A stretch of DNA of 53,890 nucleotides. Source: a virus. Lineage: Duplodnaviria; Caudoviricetes. The stretch covers positions 1 through 53,890 of the IMG/VR virus record IMGVR_UViG_3300048574_000483. One strand, given 5' to 3'. The notes beneath the pieces were generated by a model. It was not told the origin of the DNA. It worked only from the letters and a program-made list of their open reading frames with translations, and made no database searches. Both the position numbers and the translations under genes were made by a program. Below, piece after piece: positions 9,060 to 19,096 of the stretch (the first letter of the stretch is position 1; the number at the start of each line of letters is the position of its first letter).

Positions 9060-9641
9060 TCAGGCGCTAAAGCGCAGCTTCGCCAAGACGCCCTCGATCT
9101 TCAGGCGGCGCACAGCGGCAACCACTTCAGGCGCCGCGCTGTTCGGGGCCGGCACATCCATGAAGAAGCGACCACCGCTCGCGCTAGTCCAACGGAACGG
9201 TGTCGCAACGGTGTCGACACCCCAATAGAAGGCACGCGGTCCGCCCCAGGTCCCAGTTTGATCGGGGCGCCACGGCTCAGTAATGCGCGGAGTGGCGCCC
9301 ACGATGCTCGTTACGGCGCCGGAAATCGCGGCCGTCGTGTTTGATGGCGCCAGAAGCGCAGCTCGGATGCGCGCGCTATAAGCGGCATCCGCCTCACCAG
9401 CCTTTCGTGGAAGCTGATCGCCGAAGAAGTCCTCGGCCGCGAGATCCAGCCAGCCATCGGTCGCGGTAGAAAGGCGCGTTTGCAGCTTCGCATAGCTGTA
9501 TAGCTGGTAAACGAACGCAAGAGCCCAGGCCGCACCCGCGAACACGGCGTCAATGACGGGGATGGTGCCGCCAGATTGCCCAAACCAGGGCGGCAGCATT
9601 CGCTTGAGCCGGGCGGCAACATCTGCTTCATCACCAGTCAT
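9060..9641 (-). CDS. Baseplate wedge protein (gpI-like)
   Basis: TATDGWLDL...GEADAAYSARI motif; follows baseplate J. Confidence 0.8.
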   Translation of the reverse strand: MTGDEADVAARLKRMLPPWFGQSGGTIPVIDAVFAGAAWALAFVYQLYSYAKLQTRLSTATDGWLDLAAEDFFGDQLPRKAGEADAAYSARIRAALLAPSNTTAAISGAVTSIVGATPRITEPWRPDQTGTWGGPRAFYWGVDTVATPFRWTSASGGRFFMDVPAPNSAAPEVVAAVRRLKIEGVLAKLRFSA

Positions 9642-10765
9642 TACGACACCATCACGGTTCTGGCTTTGGGGAACTGGAAGGCTGTCAGCGCTAGGTCTGC
9701 CGCCACGCCGTTGATCATCACATTCGTGACATTGGTGATCGCCGGATAGGAGTCGTAGGCGATTTGAGCGATGCGCGTGAGCGCCAGGGTCTGTTCAGCC
9801 ATCGTCATGGCGTTGATGTAGGCCACGACGGCGTCATAGGCGGCGCTTACCGCTGGCGCGTAATCCGTCGCGGAGTTCACATTGAGCGTCAGCGAAGCAT
9901 CAACATCGACCACACTCGGCCCGAACACGCCAAACTGGATGCCGCACCCTCGGACGGCCGACACCGCGTCAAAGACCGCGTTGAGGAGGCTTTGCGGCGG
10001 CGCGCCGGATCCGTCGTCGACAGCGATGAAGAAATAGCCGCCGAGCTCGCGCTGCTCCGGATAGGTCTTGTTGCGGACGATGGCAAAGCGCAGGCCCGCT
10101 TGGACGTTGGCGACGGCATATTCGATCGAGCCGTCGTTTGATGTCCGCAGAGACCGCAGATAAGCGCGGAACCGCAGGCGGACGGCGGCATCAGTCTCGG
10201 CGTCCTGGCCACCGGCAAAAGCGGCCGCGTTGCTGGCCGTGTCGATGCCATCTATTTCGGAGACGATCAGGCTGATCGCGCCGGCGGCGACATTTCCGGC
10301 CGCGCCAGCAATGGAGGCGCGCACAGGGACGGTAACCGAGCTCGTGCCCGCATCCAAGACATAGCCGCCGCGCTGAGACGAATAGGCGGGATTGCTCAGA
10401 TCGGCCACGATGGCGAATTGCTGTGAGCCGTCCCCAGTCGAAACCAAGCCGCCGATCGCCGCGAAGCCAGGCGCCGAGGAAGTAAACCGGGAAAGCGTCA
10501 CCTGACCACTCGCAGCGACGGCCTGCAGCCGTGTCAGACCGTAATCGGCGATGAAGCTGTCCAAGTCGCTGCCGGTGGACGTTGACGCCCTGGTGGTCGC
10601 CAGGAGGCCCAGGACCAGGCCTTGGAGCCAAAGCGCCACCTGCGCGAACGCCTCGGTGGCGGCTCGCAGGATAGAGCCGATCGTGAAGTCGACGAGGCCT
10701 GCGGCCTTTGCCTGCACGGCGGTGGACATGCCCGTGACAAGCGTCGAGAAGCCTTTTGTGTTCAT
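9641..10765 (-). CDS. Baseplate J/gp47-family protein
   Basis: GSILRA, GSDLD, AGAAGNVAAGAI and GGQDAETDAAVRLR motifs. Confidence 0.93.
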   Translation of the reverse strand: MNTKGFSTLVTGMSTAVQAKAAGLVDFTIGSILRAATEAFAQVALWLQGLVLGLLATTRASTSTGSDLDSFIADYGLTRLQAVAASGQVTLSRFTSSAPGFAAIGGLVSTGDGSQQFAIVADLSNPAYSSQRGGYVLDAGTSSVTVPVRASIAGAAGNVAAGAISLIVSEIDGIDTASNAAAFAGGQDAETDAAVRLRFRAYLRSLRTSNDGSIEYAVANVQAGLRFAIVRNKTYPEQRELGGYFFIAVDDGSGAPPQSLLNAVFDAVSAVRGCGIQFGVFGPSVVDVDASLTLNVNSATDYAPAVSAAYDAVVAYINAMTMAEQTLALTRIAQIAYDSYPAITNVTNVMINGVAADLALTAFQFPKARTVMVS

Positions 10766-10769
10766 CGCT

Positions 10770-11153
10770 CTACTGGCTCAGATCGAAGGAAAGGACAGCC
10801 GGGATCTTCTCGGGCGCGACGACATACTCGATGCGTGCGGAAAGACCGTTCTGGATGGCGCGAAGGGTCACCACCGGGCGCGGGGTTCGGGCGACAGAGG
10901 CCTCTTTGAGCATCTGGCCAACAACAACAGCCTTGATCGCGTCGAGGTCGACATTCTTGCCGATGTACGCCGGCAGGCCTGCGCCGTAATCGGGGTGGGT
11001 GATGTAATCGCCGGGGTTGGTCATGAGGCGGCGCAGAACGCGCTGCTTTGACCGGTCGACGCTCGTTGCGCGGGCTAAATCGCCGGTCGGCGACACCGCG
11101 AGGTCATTGCCCCAGAAGTGCCAAGCGTCGCTAAGGTTGCGCAGGTCAGCCAC
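10770..11153 (-). CDS. Baseplate gpW/gp25-like protein
   Basis: RRLMTNPGDYITHPDYGAGL motif. Confidence 0.85.
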   Translation of the reverse strand: MADLRNLSDAWHFWGNDLAVSPTGDLARATSVDRSKQRVLRRLMTNPGDYITHPDYGAGLPAYIGKNVDLDAIKAVVVGQMLKEASVARTPRPVVTLRAIQNGLSARIEYVVAPEKIPAVLSFDLSQ

Positions 11154-11154
11154 G

Positions 11155-11721
11155 TCAATTCCCCTTGAGCGTTGAGGTCAGGTGCTCTTGCGTCATCGGT
11201 ACGGTCGGGGCCTGGGCGACGCCGCCGATCACCTGCTGTGTGTGGGAATTGAACAGGGCTACAAACGCGTCAGTAACCAACGTCCGGAAGACCGCCCCCT
11301 CGTCGCCGATGTCGATTTCCACAGCGCTCTGCAGCAGCACCTTTCCGTCATTCGTGAGCTTCAGGTAGGCGCCGTCTTCATGCACCAGCCAGATTTCACC
11401 GACTTCAACACTTAGCGGCCTGTCTTGATCGTTGTAGAACGACGCCGTGATCACGCCGACGTCCGTCACACCCTCGGGAAATTCGAGCTTGACTAGTGTG
11501 CCAATCGGCGGCGGAGCGAAGAGGCCCCAGCCATTCCCTGCCCATGGCGTTCCGACCGGCAGCCAGCCGGTTTCCTTGCCCGATGGCTGCAGTTTGACCT
11601 TGGCGCAGTAGCGTTTCGGATCGAACGACGAGACGATGCCGTAGCGCGCCCGCGCCTTTCCAGATTCCTGCATCATGGCCTGCAGCCGCATCGTGTTCTG
11701 CAGGTGCCCGATACCCCTCAT
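11155..11721 (-). CDS. Baseplate spike (gpV)
   Basis: ETGWLPV...PPPIGTLV OB-fold; C-terminal FNSHT. Confidence 0.88.
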   Translation of the reverse strand: MRGIGHLQNTMRLQAMMQESGKARARYGIVSSFDPKRYCAKVKLQPSGKETGWLPVGTPWAGNGWGLFAPPPIGTLVKLEFPEGVTDVGVITASFYNDQDRPLSVEVGEIWLVHEDGAYLKLTNDGKVLLQSAVEIDIGDEGAVFRTLVTDAFVALFNSHTQQVIGGVAQAPTVPMTQEHLTSTLKGN

Positions 11722-12818
11722 ACCGTCACCTCGGTTTCGGGCGAGTGGTTCTTGACGCTGATGGACCAGCTATAGCCACCGCCGGCGTCGAGCGTCCGGC
11801 CGATGGAGTCGATGAAGTAGACCTGGTCCCAGCTTGTGTCCGTGCCTTCGACTTTCAGCACGTCGGTCCGTTGCAGGAGGTTGTCGGCCGGGCCGTCGAT
11901 CGTGGCCTTGCGTTCGTGCTTTGACAGCTCCTCTGCCATTTGCTTGGCGCGCTGCTGCGCCTGATCAGCGGTGAGGCCGGGGATGTCATAGACGTAGGTC
12001 TGTGTGTCGCCGCTCGATCCCTTCCGGCGCGCTTTGGCCTGACGCACGAACGCGCTCTTCCTCTGCGCGTTCCAACTGCGAACCTTGACGACGATGTCCT
12101 TGGCAATGGTCAGGCTGCGCGAGACATTGAGGGTCTGGAAATTGCCTTTGATCGGACCGCCGTCCTGGCCGGGAAGCATGCACTGGATCACGTAAGGGTC
12201 GCCGGTGAGCGGCGGCATGGGCTCAAAGTGCAGTTCCTTGCCCCTGACGTAGACGGAAAAATTTTCCTGCCGGGCGAGATAGCAAAGCAGGTCCCACTGT
12301 GTCCGGTTGTCCTGCATCAGGACGTTGTCGATCGAATAAAAGCGTCCAACCTTGGTGTCGGTAGCTTTGACGACCGGCGTCAATCCATGCTCCGAGGCAA
12401 GCTTCGCCACAATCTGCGATGCAGTCAGGTTCGGATATTTTGCGTCGGACTTGGTATCGAGAAAGCGGGAGGTCAGATCGCGTCCAGACACCGTGATGAC
12501 GCCGCGATCGACGGCCCAATTAACTTCGTCCACCAAGCCGAAAATCATGCTGTCGAGATCGGACGGGCTGAAGTTCGCCGGGTCCGGCGGGAACCCGATG
12601 AACAGCTCGAGTTCCATCTTGTCAGTGTCGCTCCACCAAGCCGGGCCAAACTCGGCCGGAAGCTTCGACACTGCAAAGGTGGCGTCGAACGTGTCCGCTT
12701 GGAAAAATGCGTTATTGACGACTCCAAGCGAGGTCCAGCCCGGAACGATGACGCCGTTGATCTTCACCAGGCCGCGCGGCGTCCGCGCCGCCGGCGTGAC
12801 GGGAAGTGTGTTTTTCAT
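11718..12818 (-). CDS. Baseplate hub / late control D-like protein
   Basis: SGRDLTSRFLD and WDLLCYLA motifs; start at MKNTL overlaps the upstream stop. Confidence 0.85.
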   Translation of the reverse strand: MKNTLPVTPAARTPRGLVKINGVIVPGWTSLGVVNNAFFQADTFDATFAVSKLPAEFGPAWWSDTDKMELELFIGFPPDPANFSPSDLDSMIFGLVDEVNWAVDRGVITVSGRDLTSRFLDTKSDAKYPNLTASQIVAKLASEHGLTPVVKATDTKVGRFYSIDNVLMQDNRTQWDLLCYLARQENFSVYVRGKELHFEPMPPLTGDPYVIQCMLPGQDGGPIKGNFQTLNVSRSLTIAKDIVVKVRSWNAQRKSAFVRQAKARRKGSSGDTQTYVYDIPGLTADQAQQRAKQMAEELSKHERKATIDGPADNLLQRTDVLKVEGTDTSWDQVYFIDSIGRTLDAGGGYSWSISVKNHSPETEVTV

Positions 12819-13777
12819 GTCGACAGCACGCCGTCGGGCGAAGAGACCGGCTTTTCGGGCACGGTCAGCGTCTGCACGCCGTCGAGCATGGGGTCGCTCA
12901 AGCCATTGGCGCGGGCGATGACCGGCCATGCCGAAGCATCGCCATATTGCTGCGCGGCGACGTGGTAGAGATCGCCGCCCGCCATGGTGACGAGCTTTCC
13001 GCTCACGCCGTCCGCCGTTAGGTTCGTCGCGATGCGCCCGAGTGAGGCGTCCATCTGGTAGAGGCTGTCGAGTTGGGCGAAGCTGTCGATATCGCGCTTC
13101 AGGCTGATCGCCGCCGTACCGAACGGCGCGTAGGGAACCACGCCGGCGAGCCCCTGAGCGGCATCACCGATCGGCGAGAGCTCGGCAATGATGCTGCGGA
13201 CCTGCTGCTGGGTCGCCAGAACCGGCTCGAGCACCGACTGGATTTCCTTCGCTGTGGCCGAAACGAACGATGTGACCTCGCTCACCGCCGAACGGATCGT
13301 GGTGATTGCGCTCGCCAGGGTATCGTTGCCGATCAGGCCGCTCTTCGTTTCGGCGTTCTTCAGATCCTGCTCGATCTGATCGTCAAGGCTGACCTGCGCC
13401 TCAGACACGGAAGGTGTGGCGAGGTCTTCGACCACGACACAGCTGATCCGATACGGGATCTGGTACTTGCGCTGAAAGTTCGCCTCAAACGTCCCGACGA
13501 TAACGGTGTAAGAGTGCCGCCCCCAGGACAGCGGGTAAGCCTTCCCTTCGCTCCGCATTGCGTCGAGCAACTCGGCCCTCGCACCGGCGTCAGTTCCGAG
13601 GAACAAGCCGGACCATTCGACCGGTCGATCGTCGGGCCCCATTGCGTCGATGACGCGCACGCCGCCGACGAGCCGCTTGATGGCAAGCATCTGGTCGCCG
13701 CCGAACGGGATCGATTCAGGCACTTCGAAGCGCTCGAACGCAACGTCGCCGAGCTGCAGGACGATATCGGGTTTCAT
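12815..13777 (-). CDS. Tail tube initiator (gpU-like) with C-terminal LysM
   Basis: DLYHVAAQQYGDASAWPVIARANGL LysM; follows tape measure. Confidence 0.85.
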   Translation of the reverse strand: MKPDIVLQLGDVAFERFEVPESIPFGGDQMLAIKRLVGGVRVIDAMGPDDRPVEWSGLFLGTDAGARAELLDAMRSEGKAYPLSWGRHSYTVIVGTFEANFQRKYQIPYRISCVVVEDLATPSVSEAQVSLDDQIEQDLKNAETKSGLIGNDTLASAITTIRSAVSEVTSFVSATAKEIQSVLEPVLATQQQVRSIIAELSPIGDAAQGLAGVVPYAPFGTAAISLKRDIDSFAQLDSLYQMDASLGRIATNLTADGVSGKLVTMAGGDLYHVAAQQYGDASAWPVIARANGLSDPMLDGVQTLTVPEKPVSSPDGVLST

Positions 13778-15588
13778 CAGTAAGCCCCAGCGCCGACGGG
13801 CAGGACATGAATATTGGGGTCAAAGAACGATGCGGAGTTGTTGTTCAGCCCCATCGCCTTGTTGATGTGCCCGAGGACGCCCTCACCGACTTTCTTGCCG
13901 TCCATGTGCAGATTGACGACATAGCCGCTCATGTTCGACTTCGACGGGACATAGGGCGAACCGGCCTTCTTGCCCTCCCATTCATCGTCCCACTTGTCGC
14001 GTGGACCGCTATAAAGACCAAGGCGCTTCTCGACGAAATGACCATCGTTCCAGAACGCGCCCCACTTCCCGGTACTGGATGGCGATTTGTCCCAGAGATA
14101 GGCGCCAACGCCGACGACGCCGAGAACACTTGCGAGGCGCGACAGCCCCCCTGTGGCTACGGCAATCGAGCTGATCAGGGACCCAGCGGTTTTTCCTCCG
14201 CCAATCACAAGCGCCAAACCTTCGAACGCACCCTTGAGCAACAGCACCGTACCGCCGAACATGAGCGCAGACGACAAACCGATGAACGCCCATGTCAGAA
14301 TTTTCACGGTCGCCGGATGCCTCTGGGCCCAGGCTGTCCAGGCGCGCAAGGTGTCGACAAGATAGAGCGTGGATTTGACCAAGGTGGGCATGATCTGGTA
14401 GCCGATCGTGGCGAGCATGTTCTGCCATTGCTTGTGCAGCGCGAGAGCCGCCATCTGCGGATCGGTCTTCAGCAGCTCGTTGTAGCCGGCCAGCCCTTGC
14501 GCCTGTCCGATCAGCTTCTGGTCGCGAGTGAACTTCCAACCCTGCAGCGTCATCTGCTGCATGACAAATCCAGCCGTGCGGTTCGGGAACAGGTACTGGA
14601 GAACCTGGCGCTGGTTCTTCTCGTCTGTGATGCCCTTCTTGAGCATGGCCGGAAGCAAGATGTTCTGCGCCCACGCGAACGGATTCTGTTGGAACAGGTC
14701 ACTGCCCTTGATGGCGCCGGGCCGCAGCCCCTTGGCTGAACCGACGCGGTTCCACACGACCTTTGACGCGTCGAGCAGTCCCAGGCTTTGCCATTCCTTC
14801 AGCGCCTTCTGCGGCACCGTTCCGCCCACCACAGCGGAATAGGCGGACATCAGCGCATTGCCTGGGCCACCAGTACCGCCACCGCCGCCAGCCGACTTCA
14901 TTTCCTGAATCAGCGTCGGCAGGATCGTGTAGGCAAACTGGTCAGACCACCCTTGCGTGGCGGCGCGGCCATACTTGAAGGCAGAGAGGAAGTCGCCAGC
15001 CTGGATCTTGCCACCGCCCGCGATAATCGCCTTCGTGATGAGGTCGGCTTGCACGTTGAACTCGTGCGGATTGCGAACGGCGCCCTTCATTTCCAGCGCC
15101 TTTGCGAGCGAATAGGCTTGGTCTCCGCCTCCGCCGCCCATCACGTTCGAAAGAACAGCCTGGATCTTCTGGATGGTGGCGACGTTCTCAATGGCGTGGC
15201 CTGTGTTACCAAACACCATCCGCAGTTCGCGAATGGCTGCAAGGTTCTCAGCGGCTGTCGCCGTCGGCACCTCGGCACCGATCTTCCAGGCCTTGGCAGT
15301 TGCCTGGGCGATCTCGAGGTTTTTCATGCCCGCAATTCGCATCTGAGCGAGCTGGTGGGCATATTCGGACGCCGGCTTCACCGCCTTCCCGATCAGCGAG
15401 AAGCCAAACGCGCCCGCCCCGAACAGTACGCCGCCCGCCATCATCGTGAGCTTGATCTTGTCGAGATGACGCTGGAGGCTCTTCGCGTCCGCATTCGTCT
15501 TCACGAACTGGCGAGAGATCATGCCGAGGCCGGAAATAACGTTACCGGTCAGCGCCAGGCGCACTCCAACGGTGTAGGCTTCAAACAT
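13777..15588 (-). CDS. Tape measure protein (603 aa)
   Basis: Ala/Gly-rich and helical with hydrophobic segments; C-terminal VNLHMDGKKVG; position in tail operon. Confidence 0.85.
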   Translation of the reverse strand: MFEAYTVGVRLALTGNVISGLGMISRQFVKTNADAKSLQRHLDKIKLTMMAGGVLFGAGAFGFSLIGKAVKPASEYAHQLAQMRIAGMKNLEIAQATAKAWKIGAEVPTATAAENLAAIRELRMVFGNTGHAIENVATIQKIQAVLSNVMGGGGGDQAYSLAKALEMKGAVRNPHEFNVQADLITKAIIAGGGKIQAGDFLSAFKYGRAATQGWSDQFAYTILPTLIQEMKSAGGGGGTGGPGNALMSAYSAVVGGTVPQKALKEWQSLGLLDASKVVWNRVGSAKGLRPGAIKGSDLFQQNPFAWAQNILLPAMLKKGITDEKNQRQVLQYLFPNRTAGFVMQQMTLQGWKFTRDQKLIGQAQGLAGYNELLKTDPQMAALALHKQWQNMLATIGYQIMPTLVKSTLYLVDTLRAWTAWAQRHPATVKILTWAFIGLSSALMFGGTVLLLKGAFEGLALVIGGGKTAGSLISSIAVATGGLSRLASVLGVVGVGAYLWDKSPSSTGKWGAFWNDGHFVEKRLGLYSGPRDKWDDEWEGKKAGSPYVPSKSNMSGYVVNLHMDGKKVGEGVLGHINKAMGLNNNSASFFDPNIHVLPVGAGAY

Positions 15589-15640
15589 CTGAAACCCTTG
15601 CTATTTTGCGTTGTTGCAGAAAGCGCGCTATGGTGGCGCT

Positions 15641-15862
15641 ATGTCAGTGATCGTCTTCGCGCAGATCTGGTTGGCTGATCACGGCGTCGGGCAATACCCC
15701 GAGCCGGAATGGCGCGCTCGTCGCCGCCAAAGCCATCCCTTGCCGATGTCCGCCCGCATTCTTGGCGGTCTGCTCTGCGTCTTCCTGATAATCGTGTTTG
15801 GCGGGGTGCTGCTCGGGATGGGCGTAGTCGCCTACGCGTTCTTGAGCGCCCTTGTCGGCTAA
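15641..15862 (+). CDS. Antisense moron, small membrane protein
   Basis: Long C-terminal hydrophobic helix; own promoter TTGCGT-17-TATGGT ending 6 nt before the ATG. Confidence 0.6.
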   Translation: MSVIVFAQIWLADHGVGQYPEPEWRARRRQSHPLPMSARILGGLLCVFLIIVFGGVLLGMGVVAYAFLSALVG

Positions 15863-16389
15863 CCCTCAATCAGCTTTTCGGCAAGTGAACCAGGCTCGGG
15901 ATGGATCTCGCGGTCGTATCCCAATGCGGGATGAACCGGCGTCCCGCCGATCAGCCCTTGAACCACAGCAGCACCCAGTGTGCGCCGGATGTATTTCTCG
16001 CTTCTGATTGCGGCCGGCCCCCACACCGGGCGTGGTGGAATCCGCATAGTGCCGAACTCGTGGTAAGGCGCGATCGGGCTCGTGGAACCAGCCACGCCAT
16101 CAAGCCCATGAACACTGTGGGCCGAGCTGTCCATAAGCTCGCCGCTCCGCAGTAGCGGGTCGTTCTCAGTGTAGCCAAGCCGCACGCGCTCTTCCTTCGT
16201 CGACTCCGCAAGCTCTTCCCAGGCCGGATGCGGCCCAACCTTGCCCTGGTAATTGCCGAACTCCCGCCTGGCGACCTTTTCGATGTGAGCCACACACTGT
16301 TCAATGCCGGTCTGCATTGATGCGTAGACGCGCACCTGACTTTCAACCAAAAAGTCAGCAAATGCGCCCATGTCAGGGAAATCACGCAT
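15859..16389 (-). CDS. HK97 gp10-like / virion morphogenesis protein
   Basis: PLLRSGEL and YHEFGTMRIPPRPV motifs. Confidence 0.8.
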   Translation of the reverse strand: MRDFPDMGAFADFLVESQVRVYASMQTGIEQCVAHIEKVARREFGNYQGKVGPHPAWEELAESTKEERVRLGYTENDPLLRSGELMDSSAHSVHGLDGVAGSTSPIAPYHEFGTMRIPPRPVWGPAAIRSEKYIRRTLGAAVVQGLIGGTPVHPALGYDREIHPEPGSLAEKLIEG

Positions 16390-16564
16390 CAGGTCTGCGG
16401 CCTCTTGTAGGTCATGGTCTCAAAATCAAACTCGTTGCCATGGAAGCCACCGAAGATGATAGCAAAGCCCGCACGCGTTGTGTCGTCGAGCCGAAATGCG
16501 AGATCAAACGGCACCCCGTTATGAACAAGCCACAGCGCCTCGGTGAAGGCGCTGTTAGTTGCTA
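16389..16564 (-). CDS. Tail assembly chaperone C-terminal extension (gpT-like), expressed by -1 frameshift
   Basis: -1 frame after the A7 run reads IATNSAFTEALWLVHNGVPFDLAFRLDD...YKRPQT*; has no start codon of its own; stop overlaps next ATG. Confidence 0.75.
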
Positions 16565-16954
16565 TTTTTTTACAGCGGTCTTGTCCGCCTCGCTGTCACT
16601 GTCGCCCCAATATTCCCGGACGCCCTTGGCGATGGCCTCCACGCCTTCTTCGCCGAGGCGCTCAATGAAGCCGTCGAGTTCGCGGTCGGTGTTCGGAAAG
16701 ATGATGGTCTGGCCGTCGATCGCGGCAACGAACAGCAGCGGCATACACATGCCGACATAGGTCTGGTTCGCGGCAACGTCGGCCGGCAACATCTTCACGA
16801 GACGGAACTGGGAGAGTACCGAAGGCTTGGCCAGCTTGATCTGGCGGCCGCGCGCATCGGTGACGATGTGCTCCTGCAGCGCCTCCTTCACCAGTTCGGT
16901 GCTCGCCGAAGCTTCAGTCTCGCTGTGAACTTTGACTTTCGGTGCCATTTTCAC
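16562..16954 (-). CDS. Tail assembly chaperone (gpG-like)
   Basis: Follows tube gene; ends GTA AAA AAA TAG. Confidence 0.8.
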   Translation of the reverse strand: MKMAPKVKVHSETEASASTELVKEALQEHIVTDARGRQIKLAKPSVLSQFRLVKMLPADVAANQTYVGMCMPLLFVAAIDGQTIIFPNTDRELDGFIERLGEEGVEAIAKGVREYWGDSDSEADKTAVKK

Positions 16955-16956
16955 CC

Positions 16957-17388
16957 TCAGAGTTTGATGCGGCGCGACGCCGCGAAGGCGACACGCTGTT
17001 TGACGGTGCCCTGCGGATCGCCGCGGGATCCCGCGGAGTCGTATTTGAGGGCCACATTCGTGTACTGGTAGGTCGACACCGTCCCGTTCTTTTCGACGAT
17101 GGTTTCGGTGATCGTGTTCGACGGAATGTTGAGGCCATTGAAATAGTCCGCCTCGATGCCGGCGAAATAGTCGTCCAGACGAGAGTCGTAGCGCTCAAAG
17201 TCGATGGTTCCGGTCCAGCCATCGGGAATGAAAATCGTGTCGATGATGCCATCCGACTTGCGGACCTTGATCTCGGCCGATTCCTGTTTCGGCTCGAATC
17301 CTGTCCGGCCGGTGAAGCGGATCGGACCATTCGGCCCGATAACATCGACCGAGATATCCCGGCCGACCGTGTAGCCATTTGCAGGCAT
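16957..17388 (-). CDS. Tail tube protein
   Basis: 143-aa beta-rich protein directly after the sheath. Confidence 0.85.
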   Translation of the reverse strand: MPANGYTVGRDISVDVIGPNGPIRFTGRTGFEPKQESAEIKVRKSDGIIDTIFIPDGWTGTIDFERYDSRLDDYFAGIEADYFNGLNIPSNTITETIVEKNGTVSTYQYTNVALKYDSAGSRGDPQGTVKQRVAFAASRRIKL

Positions 17389-17421
17389 GTCTTGGCTCTC
17401 CTATGAGATTAGTTGGGTTGG

Positions 17422-18930
17422 TCAGGCTGCCGCGAATTGCGCAGCTGAGACGATCTGGACCGAGGCGCCGCCTGTGAGGTCGACCAGGAAGTATTCGACG
17501 ACATCGAAGTACTGGACCATCACCTTCGCCTTTTGGGTGCCAGCACCGGCCTGGCCGGACGTGATGGTCGTGCTGTACGGCACGGTGCCTGCCGCGTTTC
17601 CGATCTGACCGGCTTGCCACATGTTGAACAGGAAGGCGTCGATTGTGGACTTGGCCTCGCGCATTTCTGTCGGAGTCAGGAGCCGACCGACGAACTTGCC
17701 CGACCCCGCGTTGAGCGTCGTGGCGATGTAGTTCGTCAGGGTCGTATAGCTGTCCTGGTGACGAACCTGGTCCGACGAGGCGTTCCGGCCAAACCGGAAA
17801 CCGAAATAGGATCCGCCCGGACACGGGTTCGCGATAACGTCGCAACGTGCCGCGGCCAGGGCCTGCAGCTCGGGCGCGGAGTAGACCTGGTTCGCATAGC
17901 TCTTCTGAGTGCCGACGACGTTTGGAAGCGGCTTGTTGAGCACGGACTGTTCCACGCCGATGACCGCCTTTTCGCCGAGGTAGAAGCCCTGCGGAGAAAC
18001 CAGGCGTGTGATGTTGTTGATGGTGTCGAGCCAATACACCCAGTCGCCGAACAGCGGCTTAATCCAAGGGTTGTCCTGGGTGTTCGAGGTGGTGAAGTTG
18101 GCGATTGTCTCGGACGCTGGCGCGGTCGCTGCGGCTTGCATGCTTTCGGAAAGCGCGAACGTGAGCTGCGTCCCCCAGGTCGCATAGTCATCGCAGTCGG
18201 CCAGTGCGAACAGGGCCGCGCCCGTGCCGCGCAGGGCGTACATGCCGGTGCGCGGAGTCGTGTCGGCGCCGACCAGGACTGAGCTGGTGATGGTCGTGGT
18301 GCCGTCAGTGCCGCCGGCCAGCGTACCAGTCGAGGCCGCGGGAGCAGTCGTACCTGCGCCGGCCGACGCGATCACCAGGTCGGACCGCGCGCGGGATGCG
18401 GATTGGCCGTTGTTGATCGCGGCCGCGGCGTTGACCCAGAAGGCGTTGCCGGTGCCGGTGATGTTGTCGAACGTTTCCGGCGCGCGGTTGGCGCGGCTCA
18501 GGGTGATCTTCCACGAATTCGGCGCGGTTCCCGCGGAAATCGCCCACCCGTCGCCGTTGGCGCCGGAGCCCGTGTACCTCGAGGTCAGCGTCAAGCAGTT
18601 GGTAAGGATCGTCGCCGTTGCAGCGGTGTCGGTGCCATCCGTAACGCGCACGAAGCGGAAGTTGTTTGCGCCGAGCTGCTGCGCGACCGCCACCAGCGTG
18701 CCGCCGTCGTATTTGCGCGGCTGCAGCGCGCCAAACAGCAACGTGAAATCACTGATTCCGCTGATCAGCGTCGGGCTGTTCTTCGGCCCCCACGTCGCCG
18801 TTCCGACGATTCCGATGATGTTCGACGGCACGCCGTTGACCGCCACCGCCGGAGGCGCCTGGACGTTCACGTAGAGATCGGGGACGGTCAGCGCCGAGGG
18901 GTTGACGCCGCCCTGGTTGTAAATGGTCAT
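17422..18930 (-). CDS. Tail sheath protein
   Basis: VPDLYVN...IIGIVGTATWGPKN N-terminal sheath motif; LAGGTDG. Confidence 0.92.
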   Translation of the reverse strand: MTIYNQGGVNPSALTVPDLYVNVQAPPAVAVNGVPSNIIGIVGTATWGPKNSPTLISGISDFTLLFGALQPRKYDGGTLVAVAQQLGANNFRFVRVTDGTDTAATATILTNCLTLTSRYTGSGANGDGWAISAGTAPNSWKITLSRANRAPETFDNITGTGNAFWVNAAAAINNGQSASRARSDLVIASAGAGTTAPAASTGTLAGGTDGTTTITSSVLVGADTTPRTGMYALRGTGAALFALADCDDYATWGTQLTFALSESMQAAATAPASETIANFTTSNTQDNPWIKPLFGDWVYWLDTINNITRLVSPQGFYLGEKAVIGVEQSVLNKPLPNVVGTQKSYANQVYSAPELQALAAARCDVIANPCPGGSYFGFRFGRNASSDQVRHQDSYTTLTNYIATTLNAGSGKFVGRLLTPTEMREAKSTIDAFLFNMWQAGQIGNAAGTVPYSTTITSGQAGAGTQKAKVMVQYFDVVEYFLVDLTGGASVQIVSAAQFAAA

Positions 18931-19088
18931 TGCGCTGCTTTCCTCTTGGGTTCGGTTGCGGGCTGGTCGTCAGCGATCTGCACGACCTTTTCCGGATGAT
19001 CGGAGAGCGCGAGAGCGCAGGCCTTTTCATCGGCGATTTGCGCGCCAACGGCGTATTCGCCGAAAGCGATAGTGACGACGAGCTTCAT
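18927..19088 (-). CDS. Small protein preceding the sheath (53 aa)
   Basis: MKLVVTIAFGEYAVGAQIAD...; stop overlaps the sheath ATG. Confidence 0.65.
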   Translation of the reverse strand: MKLVVTIAFGEYAVGAQIADEKACALALSDHPEKVVQIADDQPATEPKRKAAQ

Positions 19089-19096
19089 GGGAGGCC

